A stretch of DNA of 63,554 nucleotides, counting the filler, from Octopus bimaculoides (taxonomy: Eukaryota): NCBI RefSeq assembly GCF_001194135.2. It is 4 parts of 4 records of this genome, joined end to end, with 100 filler letters (N's around TTAATTAATTAA, not from the genome) between each part and the next. Parts side by side here need not be neighbours in the genome. Positions count along the whole stretch, not along the records: positions 26,512 to 40,515 come from NC_068997.1; positions 40,616 to 61,758 come from NC_068990.1; 2 more parts are not named here. One strand, written 5' to 3'. The notes beneath the pieces are model-generated. The model did no database searches, was not told the origin of the DNA, and saw only the letters and a list, made by a program, of their open reading frames with translations. Position 1 is the first letter of the stretch, and every line of letters begins with the position of its first letter. Of the stretch, positions 38,592-50,025 are shown one piece after another. Made by a program: the position numbers and the translations under genes.

Positions 38592-40370
38592 TCTATATAT
38601 ATAAAATTCATTGTCTCTGTATGTCTGTCTTTTCCCAATGCATTCTCGAACAGCTCCACTAAATCAAATCAAATTTTATATGGCAATAGTATCAGACTCT
38701 GTGAGTATCAACATGTACATTTTTTTTTTTCATCTCGGTTAAAACAATACAACATTGATCTACATTATAATGTGATATAATATTGTTTCACTTTTATTCT
38801 TTCACTTTTAATTCTAATGTGATAACACTAAGATCATCTTATTTCTGTTGTATTTGAAATAAATGAATAATTTATATCCTAATGTGAACAACATTATGCA
38901 TCCGCAACTTTCTGTCTTTATGACCATGATAGTGGAATGGTGTGTCAGTGTGTGTTGACTGACATAATGAACAGCTGGAGGTGAAACTCTTGACAAAAAA
39001 CAATGAGGTAGCAGGTCCAAGGTATATAAAAATACACATTTACCGTTCAATTACCAGTTAGTAATTATCACAGCAGTTGCAAGGTATTTACAATTAAAAA
39101 TTAGCAGTTCATACATGTGCTTCTGTTTGGTTGATTTGCTTATATTTGGTTGATTTATACTGCATACAAAAATAAAGACATACTACATACATACAACTGC
39201 TTACAATAATAGAGATTACTATAGAATTTCTTTTATGATCATGATTTTTGGTTTACAATATGCCTCCAAAGAAAAGACATAATCTCTCCAGAAACAAGTA
39301 TAAAGCAAGGAGGATTGTAGAAAACCAAAGGCGAGAGTACCAAGAAAGAAAGGAGATGAGACTTTCTCAAGATCAGTAAACATTTGCTGCAGCACATCAA
39401 ATGGAGTCTCAACACAGAAGGGAGATGTGACTTTCCCTAGATCAGCAAATGTATGCTGCAGCACATCAAATGGAGTCTCAAGAGAAACAGGAGATGAGAC
39501 TTTCCCAAGGTCAGCAAACGTGTGCTGCAACACATAAATAGAATTTCAAGAGAGAAGGGAGATGAGACTTTCCCAAGATCAGCAAATGCATGGTGCAGCA
39601 TTTCAAATGGAGTCTCAAGAGGGAAGGGAGATGTGATTTTCCCAAGATCAGTAAAGGCATGCTGCAACACTTAATGTTGAGTCATTAAAATAATGTTTTA
39701 ATGACGAGACAGCAGTCCAATAGAAAAGCTCTCAGAAGCAGACTATGCAGAAATTCGTTCTTCATAACTTCTGGAGCTGCTTTGAGATATGATCCATCCC
39801 ATTCCTATAAAAATGATAACTTTGTTCAAATTGGTATGCTAAACTCAAATTGTCATTTCTGCAAAGCTTTAAAATTTCCAAATGAAACTAATGGCATGCC
39901 CTGCTCAGGCGGTAAGGTAACATTACCAGCACTACCAGCTCCTCCTCGACCTCTTATTAGATCTTCTGGAAGGCACTTCCATCCAATCAAAAGATTTTCA
40001 GAACAATAAAGCTCTGCATTTCAAATAACATCATTTAGTGCATCTAAGGAGATAGTTAAGCATGGATTTACACCTAAGTTCAAGGGTGAGTCTATCACCG
40101 CATTGCTTCTCTGTTACCCACAAATGAACAACTACACTTCCTCCAAATTTACTTTGTGAGTGATGTAGGACAACAAACCCAAAGGAGGAGGTGTGAAAAC
40201 TTCAGATGATGTGCCATGTTAGATACAGCGCCAACTGCTGCAAAGGACAGTATATCCACTGCCACTGACAGCTTTTCAGTGCGTTCAAAAAGTACATACC
40301 CCCCACCACCACCACTTCCACCCCTGATTTTCCATGACTGGTTAGGGCCTGGAATACTCCAAACAGACAA
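38592..40370 (+). mobile_element. Decayed autonomous-type Helitron, 5' portion
   Basis: 5' A|TCTATATATATAAAA; ATG at 39260 (MPPKKRHNLS); five 69-bp coding repeats (39345-39680). Rep zinc motif IGMLNSNCHFCKALKFPNETNGMPCSGGKVTLPALPAPP, then SAFQITSF and YHRIASLLP...FLQIYF. The 3' end is not identified. Confidence 0.85.
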
Positions 40371-40469
40371 ATGACAAGTCGCTTAGTCGACTTAGCCCAT
40401 CATTTACTCCAGAAATGTTTTATCATCAATGCTGCACTTCCCCATATCACCTGTTTCAACATAACAGTA

Positions 40470-40502
<33 letters not shown>

Positions 40503-40515
40503 TACATACATATAT

Positions 40516-40615
40516 NNNNNNNNNNNNNNNNNNNNNNNNNNNNNNNNNNNNNNNNNNNNTTAATTAATTAANNNNNNNNNNNNNNNNNNNNNNNNNNNNN
40601 NNNNNNNNNNNNNNN
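40516..40615. other. Artificial scaffold-join spacer
   Basis: 44N-TTAATTAATTAA-44N. Confidence 0.95.
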
Positions 40616-41062
40616 ATATATATATATATGTATATACATATGTATACATTTGCCAAATATTCGTTCAAGAGGTCATGTGTTTATATTCATATGCATATAT
40701 TAAAGTATATATGTGTATGCACATATACATGTGTGTGTGTGTGTGTACATATATATAGACAATAAGAAAATGGAGGAAAAACAACAAATAGAAGTGTCTT
40801 TGGTGCTATACACATATATATGTATGTGTGTATGTATGTATGTATGTATGTTATGTATGTATGTTATGTATATGTGTATGTGTGTATGTATGTCCATTGG
40901 ACTATAATGCGCCTCTATTTAGAATCTCTTTCTCATCTCGCATTTCAAAGCCTATTGAAGTTTTAATGCAAATAAGTATCTTCACAAAATTACAGACGGA
41001 TCACCTGGACCCGGACATGTTGCCTCCTTTCCCTCCAGTTCTTCCCCTGCCACTCACTAATG

Positions 41063-41204
41063 GCGATGATGATGATGATGATGATGATGACGATGATGAT
41101 GATGATGATGATGATGATGACGATGATGATGGTGATGATGATGTCGATGATNNNNNNNNNNATGACGATGATGATGGTGATGATGATGTCGATGATGGTG
41201 ATGA

Positions 41205-41238
<34 letters not shown>

Positions 41239-41250
41239 GGTGGTGGTGAT
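41063..41250. repeat. (GAT)n/(GGT)n trinucleotide repeat spanning a 10-N gap
   Basis: Directly visible; gives spurious poly-D, poly-S and poly-M ORFs. Confidence 0.95.
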
Positions 41251-41806
41251 GATATTTCCTTGTTTCCCTGACAGAACATGCTAATTCACAAACGAAAACT
41301 GGTTTGCGAAGTCTTATTCAGAGGTCTGCAAAACTGTATTGAAGTAGAATCGAAGTATTTGCTAACGTTTTATCTATATAAACACACACACACACACACA
41401 TACACACACACAGACACACACACACACACACACACACATACATACATACATGCAAGTGTATATGTATACAAATGGTCTGTGTTTGTTTAAGTTCAAGTAT
41501 GTGCGTGTGTGAATGGCGCTTGTGTGTGTGTGCGTGTGTGTGTGTGTGTGTGTCTGTGTGTATGTGTGTCTGTATGTACGTGAATGTACGGACGTATGAA
41601 TATGTGCGTGTATATGTTTGCGCCTGTGTGTCTCTGTTTTTGCATTCATATCTAAACACGCATACATACATTTTAAGGTAAACATCACATGTATATATGT
41701 GTGCATAAATGTGTGTATGCGTGTCTGTACGTATTTATATATTCACAAATACACATATATTCATATATACTTGCACACACACACATATATATATATAGTC
41801 TGATCT

Positions 41807-41873
<67 letters not shown>

Positions 41874-43199
41874 GTGAGTGTGTGGGTGTATGCGTGTGTG
41901 TGTGTATATATATATACACCTATTTGTATGCGAGTATTCACATATATATAGATATGTTCATGCATATATATATATATATATTTATGTATACATGTACCTT
42001 CATGTACATATATATGCATATATACATATACACACATCTACTTACGTGCGCATTCATGAAGATATACATATACATACATATGTAAAAACATACTTACATA
42101 TATACATACATTCATACATAAATTACATGCATACATACATTCATGCATGTATACATACATACATACATATATACATACATACATACATACATTCATACAT
42201 ACATACATACTTACATACATACATACATACAAATATATTCATTCTTACATACACATACATATACACATGACATACATGACATACATATACACATATACTA
42301 TTTTACTAAACCTGAAAAATCTTTACCACTCTTTATTCAGTGTTTCATGTGACTGCTCGTCAGACAGATGTAACACACATATGTATTGTGTGTGTGTTAG
42401 TTAATTGAAATTTGATGAGTCTCTGTTAGTCGCTAATTTATTCACTCCATTACAAGTTGATTTCTTCATTCTGTGCTTACTAAATTATTCACTCCATTGC
42501 CAGCTAATTTATTTACGTCGACGCTAACCAGTGTTTCACGCTGCGCGCCATTTTCTACGTGACAAAGTGATTCATCATAATTATATATATGTATACCATA
42601 CATACACACATATATACAAACATACTTACTTACATTCGTACGCGCGTCTGTGTGTGTGCGTGCATGCATGAGGGAGGGTGAATTGGTTTAGGATTGAGAA
42701 TACATCCGGGTCTTAAACGAATGATAGTTCTTTAGCTGGTTTATAATTTATTAAAATGCCATACCATTTTCAACACTTAATTTCTTTCTTTTTCTTCTTT
42801 TCTCTTTATTTTTTTCAGTGGGTAATAACATAAGTAAGATAAAATTTTTAAACAAAGCAAATGAACAGGGAAAGTTTCAATGCGACAAAATATCCTCAAA
42901 AATCAAAATTTTAGATTTCATGCCAAAATTTCATACTGAAAATTCAATTCTTCAGCAAGTTTCACGGCAACAAGAAATGAATATTCAAATATTCAATAAG
43001 TTTCGTAGAAATAACACGTGTTAGAAATTTGAAACTTCGACAGATTTCAGAGCAATAAGTTACTTTGAAAATTAGATATTATGAAGATTTTGAAGAATAA
43101 GAAAACTATTTTTGACAAGTTTTGTTGTGTTGTATGAAGGAGATTTACTCGTTCGCTTTACTGGTGGAATGAAACTACGTTTCAATTTGTTATTGTTTT

Positions 43200-43990
43200 G
43201 TATATATGTCTTTAAGACATTGGTTCAAATCCTGGCTGGCTATTTACTCAAAGACTTCATCAGTTTTTGATCGAGTTCTTGCTATAAAATATTTCGTTGC
43301 TTTAAATTTCTTAATAAATATATTTTCCTTATATAATCGAGACTGCATTGACCTATTTCCGATATATTCATCATATAAATGGAAAATTTGGAATTTAAGA
43401 TGTTTGCTTGTTGGACAAAGACTCAGATTTTTGCTAATTACTACTTTTCTGGAGTTGGGTTCTCGCATCTGTTGGCAGTGAACCCTCATTCTGTGCCTTA
43501 GAATTAATCCCATTTGTCCTATATAATCTTCACCGCACTCACCACATTTGACAACATAGATTTATTGAGACACAAGTGAAACCACTTTTTACGGTGAATG
43601 TTTGCCCCGATGTAAATTCCTACGACAATCTCTCGATGAGGTTGATGCAGGTTCCTCAATTATACGGTTACAGTTTTGGACTACTGGGGTTCTATCTTTG
43701 GTGAGTAATTTGGCGCTAGCAAGTTGTCTTTTACCTTTAATTGTTTTTAGTGTTTTGAATGCCTTTTTCTTTCGAGGATCGTTCATCAAAACAGAGATGT
43801 TCTAAGAAATGTGTAATTCTGTATTTCTTCGATTATGTGTTGGTTGAGGGATTCAGGAAGGATTCTTTATTCTTGGCTGTTTATCGTATTTTTCACGTTC
43901 TGTTTCGTTATTGATTAAGCCTACTGGATATTGTCTATCGAGTAATATATTTTTGAAGTCCTTGGAGTCATTTATCACGGGGTTCGGAAT
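43200..43990 (-). mobile_element. Penelope-like element 3' fragment: RT thumb, linker and GIY-YIG endonuclease
   Basis: LLDRQYPVGLIN (thumb); FTC.S.N, IYVVKC (frameshift) ECGEDYIGQMGLILRHRMRVH...LYKENIFIKKFK (GIY-YIG); followed by a degenerate hammerhead at 43268-43211. Confidence 0.85.
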
Positions 43991-44214
43991 TGGATAGAAT
44001 TGTGCAGATTCTTCTTCCCAAGTTACCAATATGCATCTATGTGCGTCTGTGTGCATGTATGTATGTATGTATGTATACACACATATATATACATATTTCT
44101 ATATTTATATCTGTGTGTATATATATACATGTATGTGTGTACGTATATATGTATGTATATATGTATGTATGTATGTATGTATGCATATATATATATATAT
44201 ACATATATATATAT

Positions 44215-44380
44215 GGGAGAGAATATACGAAAAAACAACAACAGACGAGGGCAGGTGGTGTAAATAACAAAAGGATGTATTAGTATGACGCTCGGGAATA
44301 CGGAAAGTCTTTGACGTTTCGAGCTACGCTCTTCAACAGAAAGAATACGGAGACAAGGAGAAAAACACGGAGAAAAAAAA
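44215..44380 (-). mobile_element. Penelope-type hammerhead repeat
   Basis: Homologous to 10681 and 47507. Confidence 0.8.
44308..44344 (-). ncRNA. Minimal hammerhead-like motif with CUGUUGA core
   Basis: TCTTT-CTGTTGA-A-GAGC(GTA)GCTC-GAAAC-GTC-AAAGA: 5-bp stem I, 4-bp stem II, palindromic ACGT, GUC triplet. Confidence 0.75.
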
Positions 44381-44559
44381 TTATATATATATGCATGCAT
44401 ACATACATGCATACATACAGACATATATGTACTCGGTGTGAAGATGCTAGAGATAGCAGCTAGAACTCGCCTGTTTCATAACCGTGCCGTCTTACCAGTG
44501 AGTAGGGCAAGTTAAATAATGCTATCTTCGCAACTCTTAAAACGACGTGTTGGTTACGG

Positions 44560-44910
44560 CTGGGAAACCTTTCATTAGAGGTCTGTTTGTTCAGAGCTAA
44601 CCTGAGTGGGGTGGACTGAATAACAATAAACATAAACAGCAAATAAATGTCGGAATTTAACAAAAAGCAACGCATAAACTGAGCGTTCCAGTTTCTCATC
44701 CGTTTGGCCAATTAACTCTGACCTAAATAAGGAGTGATTAACAGCCATTCTGTCGGCCGACGTTGATGGAGAACCAATGAAGACAATTCCATTTAAAGAA
44801 TCACGGCAGCAGATCAACAATAATTTTCCGAACTGGAGATTTCTGACCAATAACTCACCGCACACCGTTTTACTCTTCGTCACTGAAACACCATAAATTC
44901 AAGCAAACAA
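44560..44910 (+). mobile_element. Probable decayed mariner fragment
   Basis: MSEFNKKQRIN start and a NWRFLTNNSPHT segment resembling W.LHHDNAP.HT. Weak. Confidence 0.35.
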
Positions 44911-45104
44911 TTTTATTGTTCTTTACTGTTGTATGTTGTTTGTTGTATATTTTTGGTTGTCTGTTTTCGTTTTAGCTTTTTAGTTTCGCGTATGTGACTA
45001 TAATTTCTAAATAACTTTGAGGAAATAATCAATATATTGTGGAAAATAAGCGCGAGTATAGCTAGGAAGTTAAGCAATTCGTAGGTTCGAATTCCCAAGT
45101 CCCA

Positions 45105-45620
45105 CTTCACTGCAATTCTATCTGGTTTTCAGATTTCCCAAACAGTTTCAGGCCATCCATAAACAGAGGACGGTTCAATGATGGGCCTTTCTTCCCACAT
45201 CGGTAACCCATCTTCACTTTCCTAAGTGTCATTGCTATGGGTATTAGTGCAATTACAAAAAGTAACAGAGAAAACGAGTCACCTTGGAAGATTGCCCTTT
45301 TAATATTAACTTCTCCAAGGAATACATTGTATGTGTACAATTTGATTTTCCACTCTTTCGTGTTATGCATCAGAAAATTTGTCAGCAACACCGAACATCA
45401 GCAAGCTTCCAACGATCCAAAAATTAGGCATCATATCATATGCCTTCTTAAAGTCAATTCAAGCTATAGACATGTTTGTATGATGTATTTTTACAATGCA
45501 TCAAAACTGTTTTATCGATGACCAGGTGATCCTTGGTGCCCTGAGAACTCTTCCTACATCCTTTTTGTTCCCTTGGTAGTATTTCTTCCTGTGCCATGAA
45601 AGTGTATGTCTTTGCCGCAC
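45105..45620 (-). mobile_element. R4/Dong-like LINE reverse transcriptase fragment
   Basis: [23 protein letters not shown] and IFQGDSFSLLLFVIALIP...LFMDGLKLFGKSE. Confidence 0.85.
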
Positions 45621-45654
45621 ATATGTATGAATGTATATAATGCATACATATTTG

Positions 45655-45823
45655 AGGAAGGGTTTCCGCACGATTTCCCCAAGCAAATTCACTTACAAGC
45701 CATTGGTCGCTCCAGGACGAGAATAGAAAATACGTATCGAAGGTGCCGCACTTGGAGGGAACTGAACCCGTAACCACCTGGTTGAGAAACAAGCTTCTTA
45801 ACCACACAGCCATGTTTGCGCCT
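45655..45823 (-). mobile_element. SINE family B, 5' part
   Basis: ggaactgaacccgtaaccacctggttgagaaacaagcttcttaaccacacagccat. Confidence 0.75.
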
Positions 45824-45869
45824 TCATAAGCACTCAGCTACAGCTTGTAGAAGTATCCCACATTTTGTC

Positions 45870-46090
45870 TTGGCTGCAAACTGGCAGAATCGTTAGAGTG
45901 TCGCGAAAACGCAAAACAATATTTCCTGCGACAGTCTCCGTTCTCACCGAAGGTAATTTTGCCTTCTATTCTTTCCGCTTCGACAAAATAATGTTCCTGT
46001 CAAGCCCTGGATTGATGTGATTGATCAGCTCTAATCGATCAGCTCCCTTCGCCAAATTTCATGTCTAATGTCTATAGTAGAATCAATTGT
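45870..46090 (+). mobile_element. Old SINE family A-like copy
   Basis: actggcagaatcgttagagtg...aattttgccttct...aatttc...tagtagaatcaatt. Confidence 0.55.
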
Positions 46091-46963
46091 CATTGTTCTT
46101 GTAATGCAAAAGAAAATATCGACACGGATGTTGAGTTGAGCCGGATTGAGAGATCGGTACAGGTAAGAATGTTACTTAACGGTGGAGGGATGTTGTTCGA
46201 TATGATGGAAGATGTGTCAGGAATAAATGCGAGATATGTCACTAATCACCAGAGATTAGGCTGGAAACGGCAGACATCTTAATAGATAAATGGAAATGGA
46301 GGTCGATGCTGGAGAATGTTTTTAGCATCAGAAGACATTTTAGAATACTCAAGAGATAATACTTGCACTTAATTATTCCTGTGAATACATTAGTTATCTC
46401 AGGAAATGTCTGTACATCAATAGTACCAAAAATCATTGGATCAATATGGATATTGTATTGATAACGTATTAGGATTTCAGTAATTTGAAAGAACAGACAT
46501 AATATTTCTTCAGCAGAATTGGAATCATTCTGGGGATAGTTTCCTGTCCACATAGTCCAAGCAATTAGGACATTACAAGACCTCGATCTTCATATTTATG
46601 TTTCTAAGTTGACACAAATTTACAATGGATTAATATCCAACGAGAATTTTAGACAGATTACAGGATTATAACTAATTTGCATTCCTATATAGTTATTCAT
46701 TTAAGCTACTTAGCTTTCGGCTTAGCTTTGACACCACTTTAAGCTTGGCATTAATCATATTATGAGCTTCGCACTGACCTGTCTTCAAACTTCGAATCAA
46801 CCGTGGCTGAAATTCTAAATTAGTCATAACTCAATTGTTGGCCCTTATACTGCTTAAAGTTCAAATGTAATCAGATCTGAACTGCGATATTAACCACTCT
46901 TCCAGTATCGACCATCTTTCAAATTTCATATCAACCATCCTTTAACAATAAACGCGCATTGCT

Positions 46964-47179
46964 AAGGTGGCGAGCTGGCAGCAGCGCTAGCACGCCGGAC
47001 GAAATACTTAGTGGTATTTCGTCTGTCTTTACGTCCTGAGTTCAAATTTCGCCCAGGTGACTTTGCCTTTCATCCTTTAAGGGTCGATAAATTAAGTACC
47101 AGTTACGTACTGGGGTCGATCTAATCGACTGCCCCCCCCCTCCCAAAAAATTTCGGGCCCTGTGCCTCGAGTAGAGAAG
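46964..47179 (+). mobile_element. SINE family A, full length with 17-bp TSD
   Basis: TSD aataaacgcgcattgct (46947-46963) and aataaacacgcattgct (47180-47196). Confidence 0.92.
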
Positions 47180-47249
47180 AATAAACACGCATTGCTGCAA
47201 ACATAGCATTGACAAAACATCAAGTTCAATATTCTGTCTTTTATCCTTT

Positions 47250-47445
47250 ATTTGTTGTATGCTTTGAGCTGTGGCCATGCTGGGGCACCGTAAAGAAGGG
47301 TTAAGTCGAACAAATCGACCCCAGGGCTTATTTTTTCAAGGTTTGTACTTATTCTATTGGTCTCCTGTGATGAAACCGCTACAATGGCGTATACAAACCA
47401 ACACTGGTTGTAAGGTGATGGGAAACACATACATAAACACAAATA
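47250..47445 (-). mobile_element. SINE family B, 3' half
   Basis: gctgtggccatgctggggcaccg...gtcgaacaaatcgaccccaggg...aaccgcta...ctggttgtaagg. Confidence 0.75.
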
Positions 47446-47506
47446 CACGCACACAGATATATACATATATATATATATATGTGTATATACATAAATATAT
47501 ATCTGT

Positions 47507-47653
47507 GGGAGAATGTACGAAACAAACAACAACAGACGAGGACAGGTGGTGTAAACAACAAAAGGATGTATTAGAAAGTCTTTAACGTTTCGAGCTACGC
47601 TCTTCAACAGAAAGAATACGGAGAAAACAAGGAGAAAAACACGGAGAAAAAAA
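47507..47653 (-). mobile_element. Penelope-type hammerhead repeat (motif at 47579-47615, CUGUUGA core, GUU triplet)
   Basis: Homologous to 44215-44380, with a deletion downstream of the ribozyme motif. Confidence 0.8.
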
Positions 47654-47776
47654 ATTGAATGGTGTTTGGTCAACGATCTATCATGGCTTCTGTCATGGCT
47701 TCGTCATCAGTCACAAATCTATCCAAAAACGGTAAAATGAGTTCGCGAGAATGGAGAGAAGAGCAGATGTCAATTT

Positions 47777-47836
<60 letters not shown>

Positions 47837-47859
47837 TTAACAGGATGTGATCTGGTTTT

Positions 47860-47894
47860 ATTTCCGACGAAGATCTTCGCTCGAAACGTCAAAT
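47860..47894 (+). ncRNA. Mutated minimal hammerhead
   Basis: ATTT-CCGACGA-A-GATC(TTC)GCTC-GAAAC-GTC-AAAT; U4 changed to C and one stem II mismatch. Confidence 0.6.
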
Positions 47895-48008
47895 TCTCTT
47901 TCTTTCCTNNNNNNNNNNNNNNNNNNNNNNNNNNNNNNNNNNNNNNNNNNNNNNNNNNNNNNNNNNNNNNNNNNNNNNNNNNNNNNNNNNNNNNNNNNNN
48001 NNNNNNNN

Positions 48009-48165
48009 TTCTCACAGTTTCTATTCATCAAATTCACTCACGAGGTATTTGTCGACATGTGGTTACAGTAGAAAACACTTGATCATGATGCCGTGCACTG
48101 GGACTGAACCGGAAACCTTGTGATTGCAAATGAGATTCTTAACCACACAGCCATACTTGTACCTA
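48009..48165 (-). mobile_element. SINE family B, 5' part
   Basis: gggactgaaccggaaaccttgtgattgcaaatgagattcttaaccacacagccat. Confidence 0.75.
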
Positions 48166-48448
48166 ACCAATGTTTTTCCATAAAACTCACTTCAGTTCCA
48201 CCAGTTTTGCAGTCTTTGGACTGAGCCATAAGCACTGCCTTAACTTAGTTATTAAAGAAAATACGGCCCATCGTTTATACAAAAACATAAAAATTCTTAA
48301 AATATTTATTGAACATTGTATGAATGTTTATAAAATAAAACAAAGTCATATAAAAATATTTAAGAAGGGAAAAAGGAAAATTGGAAAGTTTCGGACAATG
48401 CAGAATGTTTAACAAAACCTGTATAACTAGACATTTCCCAGACTGTTT

Positions 48449-48487
48449 TTCCTCTGAGGATGGGCCCTTGCGCCTGAAATATCAAGG
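48449..48487 (+). ncRNA. Hammerhead-like motif
   Basis: CCT-CTGAGGA-T-GGGC(CCTTGC)GCCT-GAAA-TATC-AAGG; palindromic ATAT, triplet AUC, imperfect stem I. Confidence 0.5.
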
Positions 48488-48850
48488 TTTTCTTTCCGAA
48501 TTATCAGCTTTCCTATTGCCCGTTTTCTCTTCTTCGATATTGCAATGATTCAAGCGCGCTTCTACGCTCCTATGAAAATATTTGTTTTCATTTTGAGAGG
48601 TCTGTTGAAGGTAGTTTTGTTTAATCGTTGCTTATTTCACTAATGACATCCAATTTCTCAACCAATCTTAATCTAGTTTGTTTTCTGCCTAATTAAACAA
48701 ACCACAAAACACAGTAGGCATGTTGCTTTAAAGTAGTTTGTTTTCTGTTGAGAGATAATTGTTGTAAATGTCAACATTCTTTCCAATCTGTCCTTTCTAA
48801 ACGTATTAGATTCCATGGATATAAAACTTCTGATATTTATCGACTGTAAA

Positions 48851-49050
48851 GGGCAGTGGAATGGAATAATCGGTAGAGCGCTGTACAAATACCTTGTGGT
48901 ATTTATTTATTCATGTCACTTGATTTTCTGAGCTCAAATCCCACCAGGGTTGTTAAAATAAACTACCAGTCAGGTACTGAAATGGATACAATTGTTTGCT
49001 CTTCCCACCCAAAATTGTGGCCCTGCGCTTATATTAAAAATCAATATTTA
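48851..49050 (+). mobile_element. Old SINE family A-like copy with internal deletion
   Basis: atcggtagagcgctg...ctgagctcaaatcccaccaggg...taccagtcaggtactg...aaaattgtggccctgcgc. Confidence 0.5.
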
Positions 49051-49169
49051 TAGAAACTGAAGTCAAATGGATTGGCGGAAACAGTGGATCGCCAGAAAAC
49101 AGTATGCTGTGGAATTTAGTAGTATCTAATTGTGAATGATAAAGCAGGGGCGAAAATAATTGTTGTGAA

Positions 49170-49690
49170 GACTGGAGCATTGGTCCTCTCAAGAAAGGCG
49201 ATGCTACAGTTAGGTGTCAGCATTAGCATTCGACCCTCAGAAGAAGAGAGGTTGTTAAAAGAAGTCAGACTTGCTATCTTCAATATGGTTTCCGTGACGT
49301 TTCTCGCCTATGGTCATGAATGTTGGGTAATAAGCGAAAAAGTACGATCACGAATACAAGTGGCCGAAATGGGATTGTTTCGAAGAATCTCTGGAATAAT
49401 GCGATTGAAAAGGGGACGTAGCTCGGAGATCTGGGAGTCTCTGAATCGAGAGGTTACAGGTTCGGTACAACGGATATGTGTTTCGAATGACACAGGAAAA
49501 GATCGCTGGATGAATTCATCAAGCTGAGTCAACCGGAAGGAGATTTAGGTGCAGACCAAGAATGAAATGGTTGGATGATATTCATAGTCCAGAAAGTGTA
49601 AGGACAGTTGCTTCGGATCGGAATTTATAGAGGAGGTGGCTGAGGAAATTATCTCCACCGGAATAGTGGGTGGCAAGAAACGAATTGGAT
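49170..49690 (+). mobile_element. RTE (Expander-like) LINE 3' fragment
   Basis: LAYGHECWVISEKVRSRIQVAEMGLFRRISG...RPRMKWLDDI. Confidence 0.8.
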
Positions 49691-49864
49691 GTTTAGCGTT
49701 AGAAATCGATATGAATTGAGTCTGTTGTTGAAATGATTGCTAACCTTTCGCTCAGGAACTTTACAGGTTATTTGAGTTTATATTGATTCTGTCTGCAAAA
49801 GTTTACTGTATTTTTAGCTTGATGTATTGAGCTGATATTTGAACTCAGAACGTCAACTGATATT

Positions 49865-50025
49865 CTTTTCTACTCTAGGCACAAGGCCCGAAATTTGGGG
49901 GGAGGGGGCCAGTCGATTAGATCGACCCCACTACGCAACTGGTACTTAATTTATTGACCCCGAAAGGATGAAAAGCAAAGTCGACCTCGGCGGAATTTGA
50001 ACTCAGAACGTAAAGACAGAGGCGC
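49865..50025 (-). mobile_element. 5'-truncated SINE family A with 11-bp TSD
   Basis: TSD caactgatatt at 49854-49864 and 50026-50036. Confidence 0.9.

Noticed and set aside
46130-46660. Possible R4-like REL endonuclease remnant
   Set aside because: Only vague motif echoes with many stops; I cannot support it without a search.
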